Positions 22,927-36,581 of a stretch of DNA of 64,000 bases are shown one piece after another. The translations under genes were made by a program, and so were the position numbers. The stretch comes from Octopus sinensis (taxonomy: Eukaryota), in assembly GCF_006345805.1 (NCBI RefSeq), contig NC_043007.1:19964001-20028000 (forward strand), read 5' to 3'. The stretch's first letter is position 1, and each line of letters begins with the position of its first letter. Under the pieces are notes generated by a model. The model had not been told where the DNA came from, did no database searches, and worked only from the letters and a program-made list of their open reading frames with translations.

Positions 22927-23390
22927 ATTACGGAGATGTACTTGCATAGCAAGTGATTTGATCTGAGATCGTTGTGCTGGAACGAAAACAATTGCAGCGT
23001 GGAAGGTGTTTTTAAGCCATTTAAGAAACACAAAAGCAGTTCGATTCACTTCAACATTTAAGTTTAATTTGTCAAAATATTTTCGTCGCTTTAAGACCGC
23101 GACCTGTTCACTGACAAAACCTTGTGCTGCATCTGAGAAAGTAACAATTAGTTCGTTATATATATGTACGTATGTATGTGTGTATGTATGTATGCACGCA
23201 TGTATGTATGCATGCATGTATATATGTATGTACGTACGTACGCCTGTGTGTATGTATGTGTGTATATATATATACATATATACACACACACATATATACA
23301 CACATACATAACTTAAATGTTTGAAGTGAATCGAACGGCTTTTGTGTGTTTCTTAAATGCTTACAAACACCTTCCACGCTGCAATTGTGT
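22927..23390. mobile_element. Same family as 8250-8480, with inverted partial copy
   Basis: aattgcagcgtggaaggtgttt (about 22990-23010) versus aaacaccttccacgctgcaatt (about 23365-23386). Confidence 0.5.
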
Positions 23391-23391
23391 G

Positions 23392-23452
<61 letters not shown>

Positions 23453-23465
23453 CACAATAATATGT

Positions 23466-23621
23466 ACATTACTCGATAGTCAAGATAAAACTCTGAGTTT
23501 CAGATGCCGAAGTGGGAATCCACAACACCATCTCTTCGCCAGATAACCGAAGAGATGGTGTTGTGGATTTCCACTTCGGCATCTGAAACTCAGAGTTTCT
23601 ATTTGACTATTGAGTAAATGT
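23466..23621. mobile_element. Near-perfect foldback with hammerhead-like motif, abutting the scaffold gap
   Basis: Arms 23466-23540 and 23547-23621. Plus arm gataa-CCGAAGA-gatg..catc-t-GAAA-ctcagag-tt at 23542-23602. Confidence 0.6.
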
Positions 23622-23721
23622 NNNNNNNNNNNNNNNNNNNNNNNNNNNNNNNNNNNNNNNNNNNNNNNNNNNNNNNNNNNNNNNNNNNNNNNNNNNNNNN
23701 NNNNNNNNNNNNNNNNNNNNN
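23622..23721. other. Assembly gap (100 N)
   Basis: Run of n; true size unknown. Confidence 0.99.
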
Positions 23722-23775
23722 CCACGTGTATGTGCACATGCACGCAGCTGTATATGCCGGGTCATAGTGCTAGTA

Positions 23776-23829
<54 letters not shown>

Positions 23830-23833
<4 letters not shown>

Positions 23834-24095
23834 CGTGACCGACCAGGCTATCAGATGTTGCTACACATCGCTGGTCACAAAGCGCTTTGCATTGTTTTAG
23901 CCTTCAAATGACGCCACCCCGCTGGCTAAGCGAGCAGGCCAACAGAAGAAACAGTAAGAGAAAGTTGTAGCGAAAGAGTACAGCAGGGATCGCCACCACT
24001 CCAATGCCACACTCACAATGCCCGGTCTGGGAATTGAAACCGCGATCCTACGACCGAGAGTCCGCTGCCCTAACCGCTGGGCCATTGCGCCTCCA

Positions 24096-24096
<1 letters not shown>
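23830..24096 (-). mobile_element. SINE family C (tail type 2)
   Basis: Same head. Tail ...ggcctgctcgcttagccagc...gatagcctggtcggtcac, also present alone at about 63620-63725. Confidence 0.78.
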
Positions 24097-24479
<383 letters not shown>

Positions 24480-24757
24480 GGAGATAAGAAAACGGAGAGG
24501 ATATAAAATTGACAGCACTTGACTATGAATATTTGGGTACACTACCAGCAATATATTGGATAGGCACTATCCCTTAGTTGGTTTCTCAAACTCACCCAAA
24601 GCTCGAGATGTGGCTGACCTCTTCATGACCTGGTGGGACAGAAAACTTAAACAAATTTTAGCAGAACAGTTGTCCCAAACATTCGGGCAAAATGTTGTTG
24701 AAAGGCCTCACACATCCTTTCAGGCTCGAGTAATTCGCGCCCTTGTTCATTTGTAAG

Positions 24758-25480
24758 TCACCTATTGGTGGCTCTGTTGCTTCGTTGCGCCTCCGCCACT
24801 CGGGCCTCTCGGGTGGCTCCAACTCCTTCGTTCCTCAGAGCACGCATCCTAGCTCTAACAACGCATCTTTCCTGTTTGGCGTTGAATTGTTGGTCGAGGG
24901 CCAACCTCGCTACCAGCACATTGGACGCGATACCAGTTCTAAGTGCCTCTTCTAATTTCTTAATTAGGTCTCCCTCTATTTTATTTCGGTCTAATGCTAG
25001 AGCTTTACAGTACCTAACCGTTTCTGCTTTAATTGCTTTCTTTATGGCATACCGCCATCTGTTGTTGATGATAGCACCCGTCAATGATCCCTTAACTAAT
25101 ATGCTAATCTGGTCCCTGTAAGCCTGGCGTGCTGTGAACGACGCGTTTATCTTCCAGTAACCGGGACCCTGCCTATGTTTCTTATCTAAGTCAAGTGAAC
25201 AAGTCACAAATTTGTGGTCTGTGTAGCTGACTATATGGAACTGTGGACAATCTACACTATCTTTATCCACTGTCCTACAGAATACTCTAAGTACGATCTG
25301 GACGACCCGATGCGGTTGCTCCACGTCCACATTGGCACATTCGGGTGGTCCAGTCAATGCCTGTCAGACAGTTGGAAACGTCTAAGCAGGTCTTTGAGGC
25401 ATTTACATCCCCTCCTATTACTATCTCTGCCCACGGAGTCTAAATGCCTGTCCAGGGTAGCGTTCCAATCCCCCACTAAA
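24758..25480 (-). pseudogene. L1/Tx1-clade ORF2 fragment (endonuclease C-terminus)
   Basis: TDHKFV...GPGYWKINAS motif in ORF 24758..25357. Confidence 0.75.
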
Positions 25481-25559
25481 AGTAAAGGTCGAGACGTTCG
25501 TGGTTGTTTTTTAAGCATATTTTGTTCACTCTTATTTTCATATATAACATTTTCAATTA

Positions 25560-25956
25560 TCTTTATATATAAAAGTGAGGTTGTGTGCTGTCTGTCTCCT
25601 ACGATTTAGATTCCTAACTACTCCCACATTTTGCGGTGCAGTTTAACCAAAACCGGGTATCTTATAGTCGTGATTCATATCGAGCCCTTCTGGGTATTAG
25701 CGCGCGTCTCCGAGGAGTCTACGATTTTTAAAAAAATCTACCATCAATTTTTCCCATTTTAATGCAATTTTGGCATATATAAGGGAAGTAACTCTCTAAA
25801 AATGTATTATTAAATCTCAGGACGTAAAATGCTACAGTAACACCCCCCCCCTTTGTGGTTAGCCATATTGAGATGGCTATTATACTTTACATCTCTAAAA
25901 ATGCTTATATAGTTATTTCCCTTACAAACCCAAGCAACGCCGGGCGATACTGCTAG
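25560..25956 (+). mobile_element. Non-autonomous Helitron (with internal extra segment)
   Basis: a|TCTTTATATATAAAAG ... gcaacgccgggcgatactgCTAG|t. Confidence 0.82.
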
Positions 25957-26499
25957 TAACATATAAACATGTACGTCGTTTGGAACATTGTCAGTTTACA
26001 AGATTTTGCCGGCAAATTTTCAAATTAACATAAAAATTTATTTACATGAAAGAAAATTACCGGAGACATAACAATATGGACGACACGTGCTATTTTCAGG
26101 ATGGTGACCAACAAAATGTGCAATCACGCACAAAATGACAGGTTCCAAATCCTGTTTCTTGATTGGGTGAAAATAATCAAACTTTAAACCTCAATAACTT
26201 TTTTAAAACATTTTTCTGGAAAAAATAAAATAACTCCAGCAATTCAGTTTGGGCAAGGGGATTACTGTGCCAAATTTTAAAATTTTCGGTAAACTTTAAT
26301 TTTTGGTGCCACTGACAACCAAACAGAAAAGATCCTTGATGACGCTAATACCAACACCAGCGACACCAGCGACACCAACAACAACAGTAGCAGCAGCATC
26401 AACACCAACATCACCAACAGGCACACACGAAGATACATCGGATGTTCCGGTAACTCGTTCAAGTAGCACTTCTCCAACCACAGACCCTCTTTCAGGATC

Positions 26500-26860
26500 C
26501 CGGAAAAGAGATACGCTATGTTTGGTGGCTGAAGGACGTAATATCATAGGAGATCCTAGAAAATTCAGGCCCCTACATAAATGGGACCAAGCATTGTAAA
26601 CTGTGCGTTGCTGAACGGACAAGGTTATTAAAGGACTCCTTCGACCCCGGGAACATCCTTAACTCTAAGCCGGCAGTCTTCGGACCCTACTTGCACTTCA
26701 GGAAATTACCGTTGCCGTTCTGAGATCTACACGACAACAGGGTCAATTATGATTAGGGAAGACAATTCCCTGTTGTTGGCAAAGAATAACGAGGTCTTTT
26801 CTTCCTCCATTCTCTAGAGAGGCCATAGGCCCAGGGTCTGAAGAAACGTTGTAAAGCTAA
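26500..26860 (+). pseudogene. Possible PLE ORF C-terminus relic
   Basis: KHCKLCVAERTRLLKDSFDPGNILNSK resembles the CxLCxxE...LN C-terminal motif of Penelope-type ORFs. A degenerate GAAACGTT hammerhead-like remnant follows near 26815-26850. Confidence 0.4.
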
Positions 26861-26987
26861 GTGCTTTATGGACGAAAAACCCAAGTTAACCTCACAGACC
26901 GTCCATATCTATCTTTATCTATATACTCTACTGCTCTGTAACTCAGAGTGCGCTTCTTTTTCCGATTTATGACTTACCGACAACACG

Positions 26988-27048
<61 letters not shown>

Positions 27049-27718
27049 CCGGCAGGTTTCACGCCAGTGCCTCCTAAGTGGAAGCAATATTATCGATAAT
27101 GGCCGAAATTGCGCGCGACTCTCTGGCCAATAACTCAAGAGGAGTTGATGACCTCCTGTGTTTTCCATTCGTCTGTGTATTTAGTATATGTTTGTATGTC
27201 TATTTACTACACGTTTTTAAATTAAATCTATATATATATCTATCTATCTCTATATATATTTATCTATATATATATATATAATTTTTTTTCAGAATAAGAT
27301 AAAAGCAACCCAAGGCTGTGAAGATTTTAGAACATTTATAAATAGGTTTTACAGCTGTTTCCGGGATATATTTTATACCTTTTCATCGGAGACGGTGTGA
27401 GAAGATGGTTAAGCAATAGTTAATTTAGATAAGATACGAAATAGAGAGTGAAGTGGAGGAATGAAAATAGGTGTGAGATATGCAGGGATATTGCATTATT
27501 TAGGCAGAATGGTTTACATATAAGATAATAATGAATCTACAAATGCAATATCCCTGCATATCTCACATCTGGCCCAAAACTGTGTTTTCCGTTCAACTGT
27601 GTATTTAGTATATGTTCGTATGTCTATTTACTACACGTTATTTTAATTACACACACACGCACATATATGTGTATACATACAGGTATATCATATTTTTCGT
27701 TGTCTTTTTATTTAATCC

Positions 27719-27791
<73 letters not shown>

Positions 27792-27965
27792 TACAAATTG
27801 AGATAGGGGTTGTGAGTGCAACCCACCATGGGATAACATATATCCAATATACTGCCAGTAAAGCACCCAACAAAGTTAATACATAAATGTTAAGAATTGC
27901 GATGCAGTTAATTCATTCATTGTATTATATGGGCGAAGGTAAAATGTTTTACCTCAAATTCACAA

Positions 27966-28162
27966 TACAAAATAAGAAAATGGAGAAATATGAACTACAT
28001 ATGAACATCAAGGTCAAACACAATAATACAGAACAAAACAGTGCACATCAATGAGTGCACTGTTTTGTACAATACGTATTGTACAATAAGTACAATACGT
28101 ATTGATGTTCATATGTAGTTGGTTATTGATTAAGGTGTATTCCTCCATTTTCTTATTTTGTA
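27966..28162. mobile_element. Short foldback of the aataagaaaatggag-terminated family
   Basis: aaataagaaaatggag ... ctccattttcttattt termini; internal actacatatgaacatcaa / ttgatgttcatatgtagt. Confidence 0.55.
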
Positions 28163-28163
28163 T

Positions 28164-28203
<40 letters not shown>

Positions 28204-28204
<1 letters not shown>

Positions 28205-28424
28205 TACTCTTTACTCTTTTACTTGTTTCAGTCATGTGACTGTGGCCATGCTGGAGCACCGCCTTTAGTCGAGCAAATCGACCCCAGGACTTATTCTTTG
28301 TAAACCTAGTATTTATTCTATCGGTTACTTCTGCCGAACCGCTAAGTTACGAGAACGTAAACACACCAGCATTGGTTGTTAAGCGATGTTGTGGGAACAA
28401 ACACACACACACACACACACACAC

Positions 28425-28476
<52 letters not shown>

Positions 28477-28639
28477 GACGGGATTCTTTCAGTTTCCGTC
28501 TACCAAATCCACTCACAAGGCTTTGGTCGGCCCGAGACTATACTAGAAGTCATTTGCCCAAGGTGCCACGCAGTGGGACTGAACCCGGAAGCATGTGGTT
28601 GGTAAGCAAGCTACTTACCACACAGCCACTCCTGCGCCT
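28204..28639 (-). mobile_element. SINE family A
   Basis: Full-length. Confidence 0.8.
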
Positions 28640-28996
28640 ATAGATTATTAAGGTATGTAGGGAAATATGAGACAAGGTGGAGGGGTGACAGAGCGAGGGG
28701 GGGTGAGTTATATAGCAGTTGTTTTGGCTCAAAGGAACTGGGTCGATAATGGAACAGGTGTGCAGAGACGTATGAAATTTTGGAGACAGGGATATGAATA
28801 GGGAGGTAGTAGAGGTTGACAGGTTGGAATCCAAAGGAGTGGGGTAGTAGTTATTAAGTACTTTAAGTAGCGAGGACAAATAGGAGGGTAGTTAGGGGGG
28901 TGGGGAGGTTATGTGGGAAGTAGTGGTTTAGGAGGATTTGGAAAGGTATGTATGAGAAAGTTTAATAGCGGCAGTATCTGTTAGGTAGAAGGCTGC

Positions 28997-29680
28997 AAGG
29001 CGGCGAGCTGGCAGAATTGTTAGCACGCTGGGCGAAATGCGCAGCCGTATTTCGTCTGCCGCTACGTTCTGAGTTCAAATTCCGCCGAGGTCGACTTTGC
29101 TTTTCATCCTTTCGACTTAATCCGTTTGTTTCTCCTTGTTTGTCCCCTCTGTGTTTAGCCCTTTGTGGGTAGTAAAAAAATAGAAATAGGTATTTCGTCT
29201 GCCATTACGTTCTGAGTTCAAATTCCGCCGAGGTCGACTTTGCTTTTCATCCTTTCGACTTAATCCGTTTGTGTGTCCTCTCTGTGTTTAGCCCTTTGTG
29301 GGTAGTAAAGAAATAGAAATAGGTATTTCGTCTGCCATTACGTTCTGAGTTCAAATTCTGCCGAGGTCGACTTTGCCTTTCATCCTTTCGGGATCGATTA
29401 AATAAGTACCAGTTACGCACTGGGGTCGATATAATCGACTTAATCCGTTTGTTTCTCCTCTCTGTGTTTAGTCCCTTGTGGGTAGTAAAGAAATGGGTAT
29501 TTCGTCTGCCGCTACGTTCCGAGTTTAAATTGCGCCGAGGTCGACTTTGCCTTTCATCCTTTCGGGATCGATAAATTAAGTACCAGTCATGTACTGGGGT
29601 CGATATAATCTACTTTGCCTCTCCTTGTTTGTCCCCTCTGTGTGTAGCCCCTTGTGGGCAGTAAAGAAATCAGAAGGCTG
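28997..29680 (+). mobile_element. SINE family B tandem multimer (one head, 4 body units)
   Basis: aaataggtatttcgtctg-type junctions at about 29185, 29318, 29492. Confidence 0.85.
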
Positions 29681-30342
29681 CTAGGCTAGCATTGTCTTAA
29701 GTTCAAGTTTAAATTTAGTATGGACGTTTATAGTTATTGGCATTAAATAGATTTAACAGAGTGTGCGAAAGACGAATCGAAACAGAAAATCTATCAAGTA
29801 AATAAATAATGACGCATAGAACTTTTTTGTTTTTTTTCTTTTTGCATGGATGCAATGAAAGTGAACGTTAATAAACCATGGGCCCCATAAAATCTCAATA
29901 TGAACTGAAAATATTTTTGTTAAAAATCACCCCTGTACGCCTCCAGCATTTAGACCAAGCTTATGCGTTACGGTTATACACCAAGCGCTTGCTTATGTGT
30001 AGCTAAAAAGAACACGCATCATTAATTTTCAGGGACATATTTAAAATGCGAAGTGCTGTGTTTACCTTCAATTCTTATAAATTTTTCTATTTTCTTCTTG
30101 GTACTTATTTCACTCTGCTTTATCTTTTTAAGGTGATCTTTTAGCCATTTTTAATAATCTGTTTATCAAATATACTGATTTTCACTTACCTGAAAGTCTA
30201 TGAGTCAAAATTCTCTTCGTTTTGATATATCAACACGACTGAGGAAGATTTCTTTGTATAAGTAATATAAACACCCAACGTAGCACTTCTCCACAACAAC
30301 CAGCGTGCATATTAAATTTCCTTCCCTTTTATAAATAAGTTG

Positions 30343-30560
30343 GAGGCGGCGAGCTGGCAGAAACGTTAGCGCGCCGGGCGAAATGCGTTGCCATATTTCG
30401 TCTGTCGTAACGTTCTGAGTTCAAATTCCGCCGAGGTCTTCTTTGCCTTTCATCCTCTCGGGGCCGATAAATAAAGTACCAGTTTCGCACTGAGTCGATG
30501 TAATCGACTCAATCCCTTTGTCTGTCTTTGTTTGGCCCCTTGTGGGTAGTAAAGAAATAT
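30343..30560 (+). mobile_element. SINE family B
   Basis: Monomer. Confidence 0.75.
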
Positions 30561-30675
30561 ATATAAAGTTGGAGCGGCTGTGCGGTAAGTAGCTTGCTTA
30601 CAAACCACATGGTTTCGCGTTCAGTCCCACTGCGTGGCACCTTGGGCAAGTGTCTGTATGTATGTATGTATGTAT

Positions 30676-31654
30676 ATGGATCTTTTCATTTTGACCGGCA
30701 GATTTTTAAAATAATTTCTTTCTAACTAAACACTTTTAAACTTCGTATACTGGTAGTGTGTTACATAAAACATATTTTTCTCTTGGCTTTCTTGAGAAAA
30801 TTCTGTAGTTTGTAAGATATTTCTTGCATTTCGGCAACTTCAACCAATCAATGATGTCTATTGAGGTGAATGCAATTTCTGCGGTTGTTTGTCAATGCGG
30901 TGTCATATCAGTTCGTCACTGTTATTTATGAGAAAAAAGATACCCTTCCCCCACCCCTAACCCCACATGTATAAAAAAATTAAAATTTTACGGAAAGTGA
31001 CGATCTTCTTCAAATGTAAACAAATTACACGTGTGTGGCCATAAACTGAGGGGTCACTGGTAAACAGAGTTGGATAACAAAACCGTTCCCTCTTTAGTGT
31101 CCACCCATAATTATGACCCTAGTATCGATCTATTGCATTTCAATCTGCTTTAGGGTTAGGGTTAGGGGTGGGGGGAAGGGTATCTGTTTTTCTTCAGAGA
31201 TGTAAATAAACTCAATCTGTTTCTTAAACGAATATATAATAGGTAATGTGTGTATCTGTGCAACAGAGAGGGAAATTAAAACTGCATATGTTGTGAACTT
31301 AGAATCTGTGTTTATTGATAAAAGTTTAATAACGATAATCTTTTATTCATACGAACGTAACTGATATGAAATATGTCATAAATAACTGTGACACATTGAT
31401 ATGATACCGCCAGAAAATGTTGTTGACACACTACGGCAGAAATTGTATCCACCTCAATAGACGTCATTGATTGGTTGAAATTGCCGAAATGCAAGAAAAT
31501 AAACAAGAAATAGCTTACAAACTACAGAATTTTCTCAAGAAAGCCAAGAGAAAAAGATGTTTTATGTAACACATTCTACCAGTAGACGAAGTTTAAAAGT
31601 GTTTAGTTAGAAAGAAATTATTTTAAAAATCTGCCGGTCAAAATGAAAAGATCC

Positions 31655-31656
<2 letters not shown>
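30676..31656. mobile_element. About 1-kb MITE with long TIRs in TA context
   Basis: atggatcttttcattttgaccggcag... / ...ctgccggtcaaaatgaaaagatccat. Imperfect inverted homology for about 250 bp plus an inner inverted repeat with ccctaaccc/gggttaggg. Confidence 0.8.
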
Positions 31657-31736
<80 letters not shown>

Positions 31737-31739
31737 ATT

Positions 31740-34050
31740 ATTATTATTATAATGATGATGATAATGAAATTATTGTATACAGTGCTCAGGTGCACCACAA
31801 CTTGTCAGAAAGTGCGTATAAGGTATATGCAGTAATGTACAAATGTCTGGAAAGCGAACACTGTATGAGTCAGATACATGCTTGTGTGTGTATGGAGGGG
31901 AGAAAATCAGGTGTAGTGTTGGCAAATCTCAGAAAGCATGGAAGTTTTGAAGGATGCAGTGCTCCGACAACAAACAACTTATGCCGGCAGTTAGTTCCAT
32001 GCTTCAGCAATTCTCAGCGTGAAGAAATGTTTCCTAAAGTCATGGGAGCTGTGCTGTTTTCTGACTTTGTAAATATGTCCACGGGTATTAGACGGATGGA
32101 GTTTGAAAAGGTGCTCAGAGTTATTGTTAGTAAGATGGTTAATAATTTTATGGGTGTCTGCCAACTCAGCTGCCGTGTCCATGCCCAGGGAAGTAAGGCG
32201 TTCAGAATATGGCAAATGCCTGATGGAGGGTGTTCTCTTGATTGCAATTCACTGAACGGCTTCCAGACGATTAATATCCTGGGCAAGATAGGGGTTCCAG
32301 ACCGGTGATGCAAATTCCAGGTGAGCTATATAAAGCCGCAGATAGATAGCCGGAGAGCAGCTCACAAAGGACTTGGTGAGTGATGCCAAGACACCCTCAG
32401 CCTTCTTGGCAATTTTAGCGATGCGTTTTATCCAACGGAAATCGCTGTCGACAATAACACCCAGGTCACGTTCACACGAAGACTTTTTGAGATTAGTATT
32501 GTGGAGGGAGTAAGTGGACGCTGGGTTTCTCCTCCCAAAATGCATGGTGGTACATTTGTCCACGGCCAGCTTGAGTTGCCAGTCCATGATCCACTGCTGC
32601 ATTGTGTCCAGGTCTGCTTGCAACAGAGATCTATAGTGTACAGGATTTGACCTCTTTATTTCGAGATACAGCTTGATGTCATCTGCATATTTCAGCACTG
32701 TGACATTCTTTAAGTTGGCATCTATGTCATTAACATATGCAACAAATAAAAGGGGGCCAAGAACAGATCCCTGTGGTACACCAGATGTCATCTCATAGGG
32801 TGAAGAGTGCTGTCCTAGAACTGTGACAACCTCTTTTCGGCCGAAAATAAAGGACTTCAACCAGTTATAGAGTTCGTCTCTTACGCCCAACGCAGAGAGT
32901 TTCACCATAAGTCTTTTGTGTGGCACAGAGTTAAAAGCCTTAGCGAAGTCCAGGTAAACAACATCCACCCAGGATCCGCGATCAGTGATTTGAGTAATGT
33001 CCTCAAGAAACTCGATGAGTTGATTACAGCAGCTGGAGTTAGGAATAAATCCAAATTGTGACGGCTGGATGAGGCTGTGAAACTTCCAGAAGTTCCCGAG
33101 GGTTTCCCTGACACAGGATTCCATCAGTTTGGCGATGCAGCTAGTAAGACTAATGGGGCAATAGTTGACAGGCGATGTGCGGTCACCTTTTCAAGCAGAG
33201 AGATAACACTGGCAGTTTTCCACTGCTCTAGAGTAACACCATTGTCAAGACAGAATTGGAAGAATAGAGAAAGTTGGCTTAGAAGAAAGTACCCACCGCG
33301 TTTGAGAAGTAGGTATGTAACACCATCGAGACCAGGAGAGGCATAATTACGTTTATTCTTAAGGTGGCGTTGTAGCATTGCTGGTGTAAATTGCATAGAA
33401 GATATAGAGTCCGGTGTCAGAGGTGATGAAGATGAAACATTTTGGTCTTCGACAGTAAATATGCCGGCATAGCATCCAGCAATGATTTCTGCACACATTC
33501 TTTGGGACTGCCAGTAATCTGCCCTGTGTGGGAATTGCGAAGAAGACCAACTGGAGAGTGGGGTCTCTGCTTTGAGTGCACATACTTCCAGAACACTTTG
33601 CTGTCAGGGTTGGTTGCAATGCGTTGTTCAAATTCAAGCACTGCCTTTTTTTGTCACCTGCTTGAGGTGGTTGGCTGACCTGTCGCGCTTTTACCCGTTG
33701 ATCTCTGATTTGTGCAATTTGTATTCCTGTTCAGCCTTACGGCGTCCCTTCCTGGCAGGTCGTACTGCTGGAGTCTCCCAAATTGCACTATTGGGTGTTT
33801 TTTTTAGTGCTTCTGTGGTACTGATGCTGCACATGCCGCCCATATTGAATTCAGAATGTTCTGGAGTATAGTGTCCACATCTCCATAGGCATAAAATTCG
33901 AGCCAGTTTGGGCGTTGCAGCTCAGTACAATAAGAGCTCCAGTCTGCTTTATTCCAGTCAAAGCGGGCAGTTTGAAGATGGTTGTAGTTTTTGTTACAAC
34001 CAATCAGAGACAAGTCGGCCATGATCAGAGTCACCTAAAGGTTCTTCAGT
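31740..34050 (-). mobile_element. CR1-clade LINE, 5'-truncated, frameshifted ORF2 (endonuclease end + RT)
   Basis: YLDFAKAFNSVPH, SGVPQGSVLGPLLF and YADD in ORF 32249..33124. Neighbouring frames 33124..33498, 33417..33641 and 33804..34034 continue ORF2. 3' UTR ends aataatttcatt(att)n. Confidence 0.92.
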
Positions 34051-34085
34051 AGTGACATATATATGGTATGTATGATAGTGATATA

Positions 34086-34383
34086 TATGATGATGATGAA
34101 AGGCAAAGTCGACCTCGGCGGTATTTGAACTCAGAACGTAACGGCAGACGAAATACCTATTTCTATTTCTTTACTACCCACAAGGGGCTACACACAGAGG
34201 GGACAAACAAACGGATTAAGTCAATTACATCGACCCCAGTGCGTAACTGGTACTTATTTAATCGACCCCCCGAAAGGATGAAAGGCAAAGTCGACCTCGG
34301 TGGAATTTGAACTCAGAACGTAACGGCAAAAGAAATGCCGCTAAGCATTTTGCCCGGCGTGCTAACGTTTCTGCCAGCTCGCC
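34086..34383 (-). mobile_element. SINE family B partial dimer
   Basis: Head plus repeated body. Confidence 0.75.
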
Positions 34384-34619
34384 TCGTTGTGTTTAAAATA
34401 TACTGAATTGAAATCATTAAAAATAAGCCCAGGTATGAAAGACAATTTTAGAAATGTTAAGGGACGTAACTCTTAATTAATCTATGACTTTTATCTCCCT
34501 TCATTTATATTATAATAATGATGATGATGATAATAATAATAAGAAGAAGAAAGAAGAAAGAAGAAGAAAGAAGGAAGAAGGAAGAAGGAAGAAGAAGAAG
34601 AAGAAGAAAGAAAGAAAGA

Positions 34620-35107
34620 AAACATTGTGTACAGTGCTCAGGTGCACTACAACTCATCAAAAGTGTATGTATAATCAGGTGTAGTTTCGGCGGATTTCGG
34701 AAAGCATGAGGGCCTTAAAGGATGCAGTGTCATGGCAGTCAACAACTGACGCAGGCAGTTTGTTCCATGCTTCAGCAAATCTTAGCGTGAAAAAATGTTT
34801 CCGAAAGTCATGGGAGCTGTGTTGTTTTCTGACTTTGTAGGCATGTCCACATGTGTTGGACACATGGAGATCAAAAAAATTGTTCGGTGTTGTTGTTGGT
34901 GAGGTGGTTGATAACTTTGTGGGTGTTTACCAAGTCCATCGCCAGACGCCGAAGCTTCAGTGAATCCATGCCCAGGGAAACAAGGCGCTCAGAGTATGGT
35001 AGGTGTCTGATGGAGGGTATGCGTTTGGTTGCACGTCTCTGAACAGATTCCAGGAGGTCAATGTTCTGAGCAAGATAGGGGTTCCAAACTGATGATGCGA
35101 ATTCCAA
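34620..35107 (-). mobile_element. CR1 3' fragment (related family)
   Basis: EFASSVWNPY...LESVQRRATKRIP...KHFFTLRFAEAWNKLPASVV. Confidence 0.85.
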
Positions 35108-35842
35108 GTGTGGTCGTATCTTTTACGCTTTCCTCTTCTTTTATATATAAATATATAAATTAGTGGTTTTCAACCAGGTTTCCGCAAGAAGTTACAAAAC
35201 TGCTAAAATCGGCAGTAATTTTTAATTCTCCTGTGCAGATATGTGTGCATAAGACTATTAAGTTATTGCACATGGGTTCCTCAAGCCAGTGGAATGTTTC
35301 CTTGGGGTTACCGCTCCAGCAAAAAGTTTGAAAAGCACTGATATAAATAAAACAGAAGACGAATATGAGAAGAAAAGTTTGCGCAAACGAACGGGGGTGG
35401 GGGGTGCTAAGAGAACTTTCAGAAAATTCACAAGATCCGATTTTTCCTTCATAACTTTAACGAAAATGGATATATATTGATGAAATTTTATAGAAATACC
35501 GTTCAAATGGCATAGAATACGATTATAGAGAAATTTCTGGGGGAAATGTTTTCCGAAGGGTTTGGAAGAAGATTTCGGAAAATTCACATGATCCGTTTTT
35601 TGCGCTTATAACTTTCAGGAAAATGGATATCTTTTAATGAAATTTTAGATAATAAATGTTCCATATTAACTTTGCTAAAGTATGTTAAGATACGGAGTGT
35701 ATTAATTCATCAATGACAGTCACTTGGAAAGCATCCAGAAGAATTTAAAAATTGATAATGACTGAGAATCAATGACATGGCAATGCTTGTGATTTTGTTA
35801 CTAAGATATAGGCATAGCTGTATGGTAAGAAGTGAGCTTAGT

Positions 35843-36160
35843 GGAGGCGCAATGGCCCAGTGGTTGGGGCAGCAGACTTGCGGTCGGAGGATTGCGGTTT
35901 CAATTCCCAGACCGGGTGCTGTGTGTATTTATTGAGCAAATATACCTAAAGCTCCACGAGTCTCCAGCAGGGGGTGGTGGTGACCCTGGTTGTACTTTTT
36001 CGCCCCAACTTTCTCTCACTCGTTCTTCCTGTTTCTTGAGTAACGCTTCAATGGACTGGTGTCCCGTCCAGCTGGGGGAGAACACATATGTCATAGAAAC
36101 CGGGAAACCGGGCCCATGAGCCTGGCTAGGCTCGAAAAGGGCGCATAAATAAATAAAATA
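35843..36160 (+). mobile_element. SINE family C (tail type 3)
   Basis: Same head. Tail ...gaaaccgggaaaccgggcccatgag...gggcgcataaataaataaa. Confidence 0.75.
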
Positions 36161-36581
36161 ATCTGTGAAGATAAAGGTGGCGAGCTGGCAGAAACGTTAG
36201 AACGCCGGGCGAAATGCTAAGCGGTTTTTCGTCTGCCGCTACGCTCTGAGTTCAAATTCCGCCGAGGTCAACTTTGCCTTTCATCCTTTCGGGGGGCTCG
36301 ATTAAATAAGTACCAGTTACTTGTGGGTAGTAAAGAAATAAGAAGTGAGCTTTCTGACCACACAGATCTAGGTTCAGTCCCATTGCATGACACCTTGGGC
36401 AAGTGTCTTCTACTGTTACTCCAATAATTCAGGAACTAACTTGTGCTGATGTCATAATAACACAGCCTTGAATAGTTTTATGATTAAACCATTCCAGTTC
36501 ATGATATCAGCTCAGATAAAACTGTCGGTGCAGTCACCGGTCAACTAAATTTTGAATTAATTAATTGTAAATCACAATATT

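Noticed and set aside
27345-27395. CCGAUGA...GAAACAGCUGUA as a functional hammerhead
   Set aside because: No stem I pairing and loose stem II junctions; treated only as a decayed relic.
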